Made by a program: the position numbers and the translations under genes. The notes beneath the pieces were generated by a model that saw nothing but the letters and a program-made list of their open reading frames with translations, had not been told where the DNA came from and searched no databases. From assembly GCA_963664225.1 (NCBI GenBank), contig OY760937.1:1056001-1120000 (forward strand): 64,000 bases of DNA, in the 5' to 3' direction. The DNA comes from Verrucomicrobiia bacterium (GTDB taxonomy: Bacteria; Verrucomicrobiota; Verrucomicrobiia; Limisphaerales; UBA1319). Shown piece by piece: positions 19,011 through 29,200 of the stretch. Position 1 is the first letter of the stretch, and each line of letters opens with the position of its first letter.

Positions 19011-20333
19011 ATGAGCAATGACAAAAGCAGGACACTCTCGCGGCGTCGGTTTCTGAAACAGATGACGATGGGGGCCAGCGCGGTGGCGCTGCCTTATTTT
19101 ATTCCGGCGTCCGCACTGGGGCGTGACGGCTATGTTCCGCCCAGCGAGCGCATCGTGATGGGCGGCATTGGCATGGGGGGGCGCGGTTCTTATGATCTGG
19201 GCTGCATGCTGGCGGAGCCGGATGTGCAGTGGGTTGCCGTTTGCGATGTTGTGAAAGGCAAGCGCGAAGCGGCGAAGAACACTGTGGACGGTAAGTATGG
19301 CAACAAGGATTGCGCCGTGTATGGCGATATGCGGCAGCTTCTGGCACGCACGGACATCGATGCCGTGTTGATTGCCACCGGGGACCGCTGGCACGCGCTG
19401 GCTTCGGTGATGGCGATGCGGGCGGGCAAGGATGTTTATTGTGAGAAGCCGGCCTGCCTGACGATGGCGCAGGGACAATTGGTTGTGGAAACCGCCCGCC
19501 GGTACGCCCGGGTTTACCAGACGGGCGCCCAACGGCTCAGCGAGCCGAATCATGTTTTTGCCATTGAATTGGCCAGGTCCGGCCGACTGGGTCCGATTCA
19601 TACCGCTTATGCGGACATTCGTTGGCGCGACGGGTCGCGTCAGGACTGGCTGCCGGCGGAACCGGAACCGTCCAAGGATGAACTGGACTGGGATTTATTC
19701 CTCGGTCCCAGTCCGTGGAGGCCGTACAACAGCGGCTATCTGAATTCGGGGTGGTATCATTATTATGATTTCGCCACGGATGTTGCCATGTGGGGCGCGC
19801 ACTCGGTGACCCAGGCTTTGGCCGGGCTCGATATGACGAATGTTTCCAGCATCGAGTTCGAGTACGCGGGGCCGGATGAGACGATGGTGACGCATTTGTC
19901 CAACGGGGTGAAGCTGGTGCTGTTCCGGGTGAGCGGGTCGGTTTGGGAACCGTGCAAGTACTGGCATGGCGCCTGCGGGGAGCGGTTCGATGGCCCCGAG
20001 GGATGGGCTGGGGCTGCGGACGGTTATTCGCAAACGGATGTGTCATCCCCGGCGCTGTTGCGTGAATACAGGAAGGTGATCACGGAATACACGGGTCGGA
20101 CACAACGGTCGATGAGCCATTTGCGTGATTTCTTCGATTGCATCCACTCGCGCCAACTCACGGTGGCAAACCCTGAAGTCATGTGCCGGTCCATGCACAT
20201 CTGTCTGGCCGCCGACATTAGCGGGCAATTGAAACGAAACCTGAAGTTCGATCTAATCAAAGCCGAGTTTTTGGGCGATCCCGAGGCCAACCGGTTGAGG
20301 TCCCGCGCGATGCGGGTTCCTTATTCGATTTGA
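19011..20333 (+). CDS. Tat-exported Gfo/Idh/MocA oxidoreductase
   Basis: SRRRFLK twin-arginine signal, GGIGMGGRG, AVCDV, DAVLIATGDRWH, KDVYCEKP. Confidence 0.9.
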   Translation: MSNDKSRTLSRRRFLKQMTMGASAVALPYFIPASALGRDGYVPPSERIVMGGIGMGGRGSYDLGCMLAEPDVQWVAVCDVVKGKREAAKNTVDGKYGNKDCAVYGDMRQLLARTDIDAVLIATGDRWHALASVMAMRAGKDVYCEKPACLTMAQGQLVVETARRYARVYQTGAQRLSEPNHVFAIELARSGRLGPIHTAYADIRWRDGSRQDWLPAEPEPSKDELDWDLFLGPSPWRPYNSGYLNSGWYHYYDFATDVAMWGAHSVTQALAGLDMTNVSSIEFEYAGPDETMVTHLSNGVKLVLFRVSGSVWEPCKYWHGACGERFDGPEGWAGAADGYSQTDVSSPALLREYRKVITEYTGRTQRSMSHLRDFFDCIHSRQLTVANPEVMCRSMHICLAADISGQLKRNLKFDLIKAEFLGDPEANRLRSRAMRVPYSI

Positions 20334-20436
20334 TTCAACCATCCGGAAACCAAACCTTGGTTTTGCCTGCGATAACGCTTTCTTCGTGTGCGGGCTGAAC
20401 AAAAGGATGGTTTTTGGGAAAAATGCGGACTAATTT

Positions 20437-21078
20437 TTGAGTGTGATTGCGTTGATTGATTATGGATCGGGCAACTTGAGGAGCGTCGAAAAGGCGCTGC
20501 GGTTTGTCGGGGCGGACGTTCAAGTGGTCAGTGAACCCTCGGGTCTGCGCCATGCCCGGGCGGTGGTGCTTCCAGGGGTGGGGGCGTTCGACGACTGCAT
20601 TACCGCTTTATCGCGCCAGGGATTGTGCGATCCCATCCGCGAGTTTATTGCCTCGAACCGGCCTTTTTTGGGGATTTGCGTGGGCTATCAGGCGTTGTTT
20701 GAGCGGAGCGAGGAATTTGAGAGCAAAGCGGCTGGATTGGGTGTTTTCCATGGCAAAGTGGTCCGTTTTACCGAGCGGAAAGGATTGAAAATCCCGCAAA
20801 TCGGGTGGAATCAGATTGCCATAACACAGGCTGATTGTCCTCTGTATAAAGGGATTAAGGATGGCAGCTACGTCTATTTCGTTCACAGCTATTATCCGCA
20901 ACCGCTGGATGCCTCGATCATGGCCACCCGCACGGTCTATGGAGAAGCGTTTGCGTCATCCGTGTGTAAGGGGAACATCTTTGCGACCCAGTTTCATCCC
21001 GAGAAAAGCCAGGAAGTGGGATTGTGCCTATTGAAGAACTTTGTGGAACTGGCGGGAGCGAAGCGGGTCCAGGCGTGA
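20437..21078 (+). CDS. hisH: Imidazole glycerol phosphate synthase glutaminase subunit
   Basis: IDYGSGNLRSV, LPGVGAF, LGICVG, PQIGWN, YFVHSY, QFHPEKS. Confidence 0.96.
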   Translation: MSVIALIDYGSGNLRSVEKALRFVGADVQVVSEPSGLRHARAVVLPGVGAFDDCITALSRQGLCDPIREFIASNRPFLGICVGYQALFERSEEFESKAAGLGVFHGKVVRFTERKGLKIPQIGWNQIAITQADCPLYKGIKDGSYVYFVHSYYPQPLDASIMATRTVYGEAFASSVCKGNIFATQFHPEKSQEVGLCLLKNFVELAGAKRVQA

Positions 21079-21129
21079 AGTAGTTTTCAACTTAAGTGAC
21101 GAAAAACCCTAAAAATGCCCTTTTGGCAT

Positions 21130-21171
21130 TTGACAGTCGTTATGAGGCGATGTAAATACAATGTAGATACA
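21130..21171 (+). promoter_or_regulatory. Sigma70-like promoter with tandem palindromic operator
   Basis: TTGACA at 21130-21135. Tandem 11-mers ATGTAAATACA / ATGTAGATACA (21150-21171), each a TGTA-N2-TACA palindrome, overlap the -10 region upstream of the TA-like pair. Confidence 0.65.
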
Positions 21172-21203
21172 ATGAATGGGCAAATGATTTACAATTGAGC
21201 AAT

Positions 21204-21491
21204 ATGGAGTTCGATTGGAACGATTTGTCCTTTGAATTGGATAGTTCTTTGACGCCACGAGATATTGAAGAGTCGTTCGAGGATCCGTTTGCGATCAAGT
21301 TGCTGCCTGATTCGTCGCGATTTTCGGTGCAGGCCCGTTTTTTTAACTTGGGAAAGGCGGCGACTGGCAAAGGCATATTCAGTGTCTATCGAACCAACGG
21401 AAAGACGTTTCGGGTGATTTATGCGCGGTTCTTTGTGCCTGAAGAGCAGTTTTTCTATCAGCGCAAAGTGAACCAGTCTTTGAATCCGTAA
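21204..21491 (+). CDS. BrnT-like (RelE-fold) toxin homologue, atypical
   Basis: MEFDW start, IEESFEDP, RFFNLG, FRVIYAR..EEQFFY. Lacks the usual N..KHG segment. Confidence 0.65.
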   Translation: MEFDWNDLSFELDSSLTPRDIEESFEDPFAIKLLPDSSRFSVQARFFNLGKAATGKGIFSVYRTNGKTFRVIYARFFVPEEQFFYQRKVNQSLNP

Positions 21492-21631
21492 GAACCAGGA
21501 TTGCAGTAAGGCAGGATGGGTTCGCGGGATGAAGCGTGGTGAGACGATTTGGGGTTCAGGGTTAGTGATGTGGTTTACCAGTGGGTTGGCTGCCTACAAC
21601 CTGCTGGTAAGACCATAACTGAGAATTCGCC

Positions 21632-21940
21632 ATGAATGAGATTAGCAATTGGGACGAGGTGCCGCTGTTCGACCGGGAAGAAGCGGAGGCAGCGTTTTGG
21701 GCGGAGAATCGGCCGAATTTGCGGTTGATGGAGAATTCAGTTGCCGCAGGCATGGAAAATGCTGAATCTGTAACCATCACCTTGCGCATGGACCCGCGAA
21801 TGCTCGGTAAAATCAAGCGGCTGGCCCGGCTGCGGTATTTGAATTATCAGAGCATGATCAAACAATGGTTGAGCGAACGGCTCGAGCAGGAATTTAGAGA
21901 TCGGCAGGGCGGATCTGGATTCGGGCGGGATTTCAGTTGA
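21632..21940 (+). CDS. BrnA/CopG-like ribbon-helix-helix antitoxin
   Basis: VPLFDREEAEAAFW N-terminus and ITLRMDPRMLGKIKRLARLRYLNYQSMIKQWL C-terminus. Confidence 0.75.
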   Translation: MNEISNWDEVPLFDREEAEAAFWAENRPNLRLMENSVAAGMENAESVTITLRMDPRMLGKIKRLARLRYLNYQSMIKQWLSERLEQEFRDRQGGSGFGRDFS

Positions 21941-22033
21941 AAAAATTCACGCTTACCCATTGACTCTGACGTTCTTCCAGTGATGGGGTGTGAACAAATG
22001 GCCTGAGGTATTTGAAAAGAAGAATGGAATGCG

Positions 22034-22693
22034 ATGACAGATAAGACGAAAATGAAGCAGCGGACCCGCAAACGGGGTTTTACGCTGGTGGAGATGTTGG
22101 TGGTCATATCGATCATTGGCGTGCTGGCGTCCATGGTTGTGGGTCTGGCCGGCGGGGCGACCAAACAATCACGCATGAAACGCGTGAAATCGGATTTGCA
22201 GAACATCGTCACAGCTATCGATCGTTTCAAGTCCAAGTATGGATCTTACCCGCCGGATAACGGGCGCGTGACGGTCAGCGGTGGGCAGACCAATTACCTG
22301 GCGGTGCCCAATCAGCTTTTTTATGAGTTGGTGGGATCGGTGCACCGGCTGAATGCGGCTGGACAATCGGAGTTTTACGTTCCACAGCTTGGTTTGACCG
22401 CCAAACAAGGCGACATCAAGACGTGGTTTGGAGTGGAAGGATTTGTCAATGCCACTGAGAACATGAAGGATGTGGAGAATTTTCTTCCCAATTTCAAGAC
22501 CAATGACGTGGCCCGGATTCCCATGACCACGCAAACGCCTTTGGTGGGTTTGCGCGTGGCGGTGAAAAATCCGGGGACCAATGAGAATTTCTGGTATTAC
22601 CGCAGCACGAATCCAACAAACAACCCCACCAGCTACGATCTGTGGGCGGTTGTGGTGATTGGCAAAAACACAAACATCATCAGCAACTGGTAG
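22034..22693 (+). CDS. Type IV pilin / GspG-like pseudopilin
   Basis: RKRG|FTLVEMLVVISIIGVLA class III signal; AIDRFKSKYGSYPP; SYDLW. Confidence 0.88.
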   Translation: MTDKTKMKQRTRKRGFTLVEMLVVISIIGVLASMVVGLAGGATKQSRMKRVKSDLQNIVTAIDRFKSKYGSYPPDNGRVTVSGGQTNYLAVPNQLFYELVGSVHRLNAAGQSEFYVPQLGLTAKQGDIKTWFGVEGFVNATENMKDVENFLPNFKTNDVARIPMTTQTPLVGLRVAVKNPGTNENFWYYRSTNPTNNPTSYDLWAVVVIGKNTNIISNW

Positions 22694-22708
22694 AGAAGAG
22701 AGACGACC

Positions 22709-23560
22709 ATGCATTCGCAATTTTCAATTATGAAAAGAAACGCAGACATTCGTTTATATCGTCAGCGAGGTTTCACGCTGATCGAACTTCTGGTGGTCAT
22801 CAGCATCATAGGCATCCTGGCGGGAATGACTTTGCCCGCGGTCGTCGGCGTGCAGAAGAAGGCGAAGATCAAGGTCGCCCAGATTGAGATCAACAACATC
22901 ATGAGCGCGGTGACGGCCTATTACGGGGCGTATAACCGGTATCCCTGCACCAAGGAGGCGCTCGACGCGGTGAGCCAGACGCCCGTGAATTGCCCTGATT
23001 TCACCTTCGGCATTCTCTCCACCATGAGCTATTCGAACAAATTTGGCCGCATTCAGATGGCGATTCAAAACGATTACAACAATGGCGCGGTTTCCTATCA
23101 GGACGACAACCGCGAGGTGATCGCGATATTGCGGGATACCATAACGGTGCAAACGCCGGGATCGGGCGGGGTCATCATTAACGCCAATCATTCGCGCAAT
23201 CCGGAGCGCAATCCGTTCTTGAATGTCAAAGACGTCTCCTCCATTTCGGGGCCGGGTGTCGGGCCGGATGGTGTCTATCGTGATCCCTGGGGTTCACCCT
23301 ATATCATCACGCTGGATTTGAACTATGACAACCAGTGCCGGGATGCGTTTTATCGGAGGGATGCGGTTTCGGCGGACACGGGGGACCGTGGATTCAACGG
23401 GCTGTTTCGCGTGAAGCAGGCGAACAACACGGCGATTGCGAATGGCTTTGAGGCGAAGGCGTCTGTGATGGTGTGGTCGCTGGGACCGGATGGCAAGGCG
23501 GACATGAACCTCAAGGCGGGTGTGGGTGTGAATAAGGATAATGTGTTGGGTTGGAAATAG
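22709..23560 (+). CDS. GspG-like pseudopilin
   Basis: RQRG|FTLIELLVVISIIGILA; DPWGSPY and VWSLGPDGK..DNVLGW C-terminal GspG-like motifs. Confidence 0.88.
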   Translation: MHSQFSIMKRNADIRLYRQRGFTLIELLVVISIIGILAGMTLPAVVGVQKKAKIKVAQIEINNIMSAVTAYYGAYNRYPCTKEALDAVSQTPVNCPDFTFGILSTMSYSNKFGRIQMAIQNDYNNGAVSYQDDNREVIAILRDTITVQTPGSGGVIINANHSRNPERNPFLNVKDVSSISGPGVGPDGVYRDPWGSPYIITLDLNYDNQCRDAFYRRDAVSADTGDRGFNGLFRVKQANNTAIANGFEAKASVMVWSLGPDGKADMNLKAGVGVNKDNVLGWK

Positions 23561-23604
23561 GAGACGCCAGCCAGGCTGGCGGCTCACGTTGGAAAAGTTG
23601 TTAC

Positions 23605-24426
23605 ATGAACACTCAATGGAATCCAGATGACCCGCGCGTGAAGCGGGGAGGGGCGTTCAGCCTGATCGAACTGCTGGTCGTCATGGGGCTCATGGGGATG
23701 CTGGCGGCGATCGGTCTGCCGGCGCTGAAAGGGTTGGGCCAATCCAATGCGATGTCGGCGGCCAATCGGCAATTGCTGGACGATGTCGGTCTGGCGCGCG
23801 CCATGGCGATCAAGAACCGCACGACGGTTTACATGGTGTTTGTGCCGCCGAATCTGGCCGCGTTATTGCCCCGGTTGAGCACTGCGCAGGAGCGCAAGCA
23901 ACTGACGAATTTGAGCGGCGGACAATACGCTGGATATGCCCTGCTGGCCAAGCGAACGGTGGGAGATCAGCCCGGACAGGATCATCCGCGTTATCTCACC
24001 GATTGGCGCAAATTGCCGGAGGGCGTGTTCATCTCGACGAATAAATACGCGCGTTGGGCGCGCAATTCATGGCAGCCGTTTTTGAACACAACCAACCGCC
24101 CATTCGCTTATTACGACCAACCGGCGGGAGACCCCGGGCTTCCATTTCCGACGTCCACCAGCCCCCGATGGCCGCTGCCTTACATCGCTTTCAATTCCGC
24201 GGGGCAACTAACGCGTCCAACACATGATGGCACCCCGTTGAAGGACGAGATCATTCCTTTAACGCGCGGCAGTATTTTTTACGTTCGGGACAATGCGGGC
24301 CAGATCACCTTGGGAACGCCAGATGTTCAGGAAACACCTCCAGGCAACAGCACGAATATGTTCAATTACATTCACATCGACTGGATGACCGGACGGCCCA
24401 GAGTCGAGAAACAGGAGATACGATGA
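23605..24426 (+). CDS. Minor pseudopilin, GspH/FimT-like (Verru_Chthon cassette protein D-like)
   Basis: RGGA|FSLIELLVVMG; LARAMAIKNRTTVYMVF; YIHIDWMTGRPRV. ATG at 23605. Confidence 0.8.
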   Translation: MNTQWNPDDPRVKRGGAFSLIELLVVMGLMGMLAAIGLPALKGLGQSNAMSAANRQLLDDVGLARAMAIKNRTTVYMVFVPPNLAALLPRLSTAQERKQLTNLSGGQYAGYALLAKRTVGDQPGQDHPRYLTDWRKLPEGVFISTNKYARWARNSWQPFLNTTNRPFAYYDQPAGDPGLPFPTSTSPRWPLPYIAFNSAGQLTRPTHDGTPLKDEIIPLTRGSIFYVRDNAGQITLGTPDVQETPPGNSTNMFNYIHIDWMTGRPRVEKQEIR

Positions 24427-25256
24427 ACCTGTTTGTTGCGAGCGGAAAAGCGGGGCTGGATCGGGGTGTGAAGACCGGCATGCGATCTGGCTTGAGCGGG
24501 TGGCTTCGACGGGATTGCCGGGCCTTCACGATGATTGAAATTGCCATGTCCCTGGCGATCGTGGGATTTGCGCTGGTGGCAATCATTGGTGTGCTGCCCA
24601 ATGGCGTTCAAGTCCAGAAGAACAATCGGGACGACACGATCATCAATCAGGAGGGGATGATGATTCTGGAAGCCATTCGCAACGGGACCATGAATTTTGG
24701 CACGTTGACGAACATGGTGGACGATGTGGCGGTTTATTGCACGAACAGCCAGGGGGCACCCAAGTCTTACACGAATATTGTATTGAATTCACCGATGCAG
24801 ATCATGGGTTTGCTGAGCATTCCCGTTGGCGCCGTCTATCAAACGAACAAGTCCGGGCCCTCCATGTATGCCACGCAGGTCGTTGCAAAAGTGCGGGCGA
24901 AAACGGGGGTGATCTCCCAGCAGGGGACCAACAAGGATACCCGGGAATTCGCATTCAGCTTTCTCCTACAGCCGGAAATCCGGCCTTTTACAAACTACGG
25001 ATCGTATATGGCGACCAACCAGACCAATCTCCTGAAGGCGGGATTGAGTTTGTATGAATTGAAATTGGTGCTGAGGTGGCCTGTTTATGGTAAACAAGGG
25101 TCCTGGCGGGCGGGGGCGAACCATCAGGTTTTCCGCACGCTGGTTAATGCCAGTGTGACGAACTTCCTCGCAGCGCCCACCAACAACGGCATCTACTGGT
25201 ATTTCTTCGATCCGTACGACAGCCGGTCAACCAACGTGGCGGGGAGTCAGCAATGA
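24423..25256 (+). CDS. Minor pseudopilin, GspI/PilV-like (Verru_Chthon cassette protein B-like)
   Basis: CRA|FTMIEIAMSLAIVGFALVAIIGVLP. ATGA overlaps on both sides. Confidence 0.8.
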   Translation: MNLFVASGKAGLDRGVKTGMRSGLSGWLRRDCRAFTMIEIAMSLAIVGFALVAIIGVLPNGVQVQKNNRDDTIINQEGMMILEAIRNGTMNFGTLTNMVDDVAVYCTNSQGAPKSYTNIVLNSPMQIMGLLSIPVGAVYQTNKSGPSMYATQVVAKVRAKTGVISQQGTNKDTREFAFSFLLQPEIRPFTNYGSYMATNQTNLLKAGLSLYELKLVLRWPVYGKQGSWRAGANHQVFRTLVNASVTNFLAAPTNNGIYWYFFDPYDSRSTNVAGSQQ

Positions 25257-26203
25257 AGCGTCCTAATACAAAACATCAGTTCAGCGGGATTGGCATTGTG
25301 CTGAGGACCACGCAGGCCTTTTCGCTGCTGGAAATGATGGTGGTAATGTCCATGTTGACGGTGATCGTGCTGGGCTTGTATAGCGTGTTTGACCACACGC
25401 AAAAGGCATTGCGCAGCAATAACGCGCAGGTGGATGTGATGGAAACCGGACGCGCGGCGATGGATCTCCTGTCCAGGGAATTGGAAGGGGCCATGGCCAC
25501 GGGTCAGATTGGGACCAACACCAATTCTTTTCACATGACCAATACGGTGAGTGTTTACAATACCACCACGCACGACGGCTTCACCATGCGACTCAATGAT
25601 GGAACAGTCCGGACCAACGTGCTGGAGGATGTGTTTTTCATGAGTCGGTCCAACAATTGGTGGACGGGATACGGGTATTTTATCGGGGGGGTATCGAACA
25701 ACTTGATCGTGACCAATCTTGTGTGGAAAAGCGGATTGGGAACGCTCTACCGTTCCACGGTGCAGAATAATCCGCCACTGATGCAATTTCACGATGTCAG
25801 CCAGTTCAACGAATTAGTGCAGAAGTTGAACTTTGGCCACTGGTATTTGACAAACTCGTATCAGATCGCGGATGGCGTGGTGCATTTCCGGGTGCGTCCC
25901 CTGGATGCGGAAGGACAAATCATGGTGCCTTTCTATACGAATATATTTGGATTTCGCGCCACCAATTACAACGTGCTGAACGAGCCCAATCCCATTGCGC
26001 GCGAATACCAGATGCGGTTTGCCAGCAATCAACTACCGGCGTTTATCGAATTGGAGTTGGGTTTGCTGCCGCCGCAAGTGTTGCAACGGGTCAGGGCCAT
26101 TGAAAACGCGGATGCGCAGCGAAACTTTTTGACCAATCAAGCCAACGCCGTTGTGCTTTTCAACAAAGTAATACGGCTTCGGAACGCCCAAAATGAACGG
26201 TAA
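25253..26203 (+). CDS. Minor pseudopilin, GspJ/PilW-like (Verru_Chthon cassette protein C-like)
   Basis: TQA|FSLLEMMVVMSML; GRAAMDLLSRELE; IADGVVHF; LPAFIELEL. Confidence 0.8.
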   Translation: MKRPNTKHQFSGIGIVLRTTQAFSLLEMMVVMSMLTVIVLGLYSVFDHTQKALRSNNAQVDVMETGRAAMDLLSRELEGAMATGQIGTNTNSFHMTNTVSVYNTTTHDGFTMRLNDGTVRTNVLEDVFFMSRSNNWWTGYGYFIGGVSNNLIVTNLVWKSGLGTLYRSTVQNNPPLMQFHDVSQFNELVQKLNFGHWYLTNSYQIADGVVHFRVRPLDAEGQIMVPFYTNIFGFRATNYNVLNEPNPIAREYQMRFASNQLPAFIELELGLLPPQVLQRVRAIENADAQRNFLTNQANAVVLFNKVIRLRNAQNER

Positions 26204-29200
26204 ATTGAATTTGAGCCAGGCAGTCCCCACGATGCCCGCTGGGATCGCGAAAAGCGGATGGAAGGGGATGAGGGAAACCCATGCCTCACGCGGTGTGGCG
26301 CTGGTCGTCACGCTGATCATGCTTTCGGTGGTGACCTTCATGGCCGTCACCTTCCTGGCGCTGAGCCGGCGCGAGAGAGCGTCGGTGGCGGTGACCGTGG
26401 ATCAAACGACGGCAAATTTGATGGCGGACGCCGCGCTGGCCCGGGTGCAGGCCGAGGCGGTGTCAAGAATCATGGCACGGACCAATATGAGCGCTTATGA
26501 GTTCATGGTCTCCACGAATTTCATCAATCCGCGCGGGTTCATTCCGAACAACTTCACTCCCACCAATGTGGCCTTCAGGGAAAGCTCCGGCGCGCCTCTC
26601 ACGCCTAATGATATGCGGGTCGTTCTCAAGAACCTGCTGTTCGATCCGCGCGCACCGGTTTTTGTGGTGACACAGGCGAATACCCGGCCGGATTTTCGCT
26701 ACTATCTTGATTTGAACCGGAACGGGACCAATGAAGCCAATGGATCGCTGCCTGTATATGGGAGCGACGGCAAATACCTGGGATACAGTAATGTATTTGT
26801 AGGCGATCCCGAGTGGATCGGGGTGCTTGAATACCCCAACCTGCCGCATTCGGCCACAAACCGGTTCATCGGCCGGTATGCCTTCATGGCGCTGCCCATG
26901 GGCAAGAGTCTGGACCTGAATTTCATGTATAATCAGGCCAAACAGATCCGCCCGGCATGGGATGGTTACATGCGCAACCAGGGCGTGGGTTCCTGGGAGC
27001 TGAACCTGGCGGCGTTTCTGACTGATCTGAATCCGAACTTCTGGCCCAGCAACGGACCGGCGGGGAATCCCAATTATTTTTATAATACCAATTTTGGGGC
27101 CGCCAGCAGCGGGGCCGGTTTTTCCAACGCGCTGACCATTCTGCAATACCGTTACCGGACCAATTACAACAATCTGGCGAGTATCCAGACTTTGTATGGG
27201 ACGGCCGGAGCGAACGCCATCCACACGAATCAGGTGGATGATTATTCGGATGGGCCTTACATGACGTCCACCCTGGCGTTGACCAACGAGCCAAATTCGC
27301 TCAATCAACCTGGCCGGCCTGGAACAGATGATCCGATGCTTCCATGGTCTGGCAGCGATGCGCCGCAGATGTATTACGATGTGCAGGAGTTGTTCGATGG
27401 GAACAAGACTTCGGCGGATTTCACCAATCGTTTGTTGAGCGGTTCAATGGCAGGACCGGGGCGATCCACCATGGATCGTTACACTTTTTACAGAATGGTC
27501 AGTCAGTTGGGGGTGGATTCAGATCTGAATTTGGGAAAAATCAATCTCAACTACGATAATTACAATCCGCTGACGAAGACGTTTGGCGAGGCGACGAACT
27601 TCTTGAACTGGAGGGGGAGCAATTTCTTTAATCTGGCGGCGGACCGGATGATAAAACAAGAAGCGCGGCTTTTTCAAAATTTCCCCAATTCCATCACAAA
27701 TATCTGCGTGTATCCACCAGCCAATAATCAATACACGCCTGCGGTGCATCGGCTATTGCAGTTGGCCGCCAATATTTATTGCACTGCCGGAGCCACGAAC
27801 GAGCTGTCCTCCATTCCCAATACACCCGCGCTGCCCGCGGTGTTTCGTCCGATATTCAGGGTGAATAATGGACGGGTGTTCATTAACGGGTATGTCGAAG
27901 AGCGAGGCACCAATTTCATTGCCAACCGTTGGTATGACTTGAACGTGCCAAACCCGGCTCCGGCGCTGGCGCTATTGAGCGCAAACTCAGCGAACGCCAA
28001 CATCTATGGAGTTCCCCTTGTGATCGGCGTGAAGAAGGGATATCCGAATTTCAATGAATGTGCGATGCGCACAGTGATGGAAGTGACCCGGAAGATCGAT
28101 GTCTCGAGGCCGACGACCTTCGCGCGGCCTAATTCGACCAATGTGATGTTTATTCTGGGGGTGTCGAACATCTTCGCCGTTGAGACATGGAATTCCTACA
28201 GCAAGGCGTTTCAGCGTCCGTTGGAAATTCGCGTGACCAATTCGGTGTTCATGTATCTGACCAATAACGCCGGATGGGGTTATAACCACGGGCCGGGATT
28301 CCAAGCTGTGCTGAGGACGAATTTCTATAGAGGCAACTGGTTCAGCAACCAGTTCCTGGTCATCACCAATACGGCAATCTCCAACTCCATTTTCCTGAGC
28401 AACTCGATCGTCAATGGGAGTTTGCTGCGACCCCTCAATCCGGCCTTTTTCGTGCCACCCGCAGTATTGACGAATGTGATCAATCCCTCCAACCACATCT
28501 GGATGGTTGCCACCAATCGGATGCAATATATGGCGATCGACCGTTCTTCGGGGAGGGTGATCGATTTTGTGAATCTGGACAACCTGGCGGTGCAAGTGGA
28601 CATCACGGGGTTATTGCTTGGCAATGCGAATATGCAGGAAACCAATGATTCGGTTTCCAGGCTGGTATGGAATGCAAAGGACGGCATCACCAATCAAATC
28701 CAAATATCCCTTGGAAATACCAAAGTGGATGAAACGTCCTGGAGCAGCGCTTCCAAGAATGCGATCACCGGCGATGACAAGAATAAGAGCATCGATCGAT
28801 TTAGGGTATTTGTTGGATTGGACCCGGTGATCTATAAGAAAGTCGATTTGCAGCAGGAACTCCGGCAGACCCTGACGATGCAGGCGCCATTAACTCCCAG
28901 TCGGCGGGTGGCCTACACGGTCTCATTGCAGGCCAACGATCCCCTGGTGCATTACACGCTTGGCGATCTCTATGACCAGATGATCACCAACCAGGTTGAC
29001 ACCATCAAACCCACCGGCGGGCCGCTGCCGGCGAACAACATCGGTTTTCGCAATCGCAGGTACCAACCATGGGGTGGCAATCCGGATGTGTCCGGGGATA
29101 CCAATAAGTTCAATCTTGCCATAAAGGATCCCATGGTGAAGACCTCGGACGATTGGGATTTTCCGACGAACAAATTCCCGAGCATTGGATGGCTGGGCCG

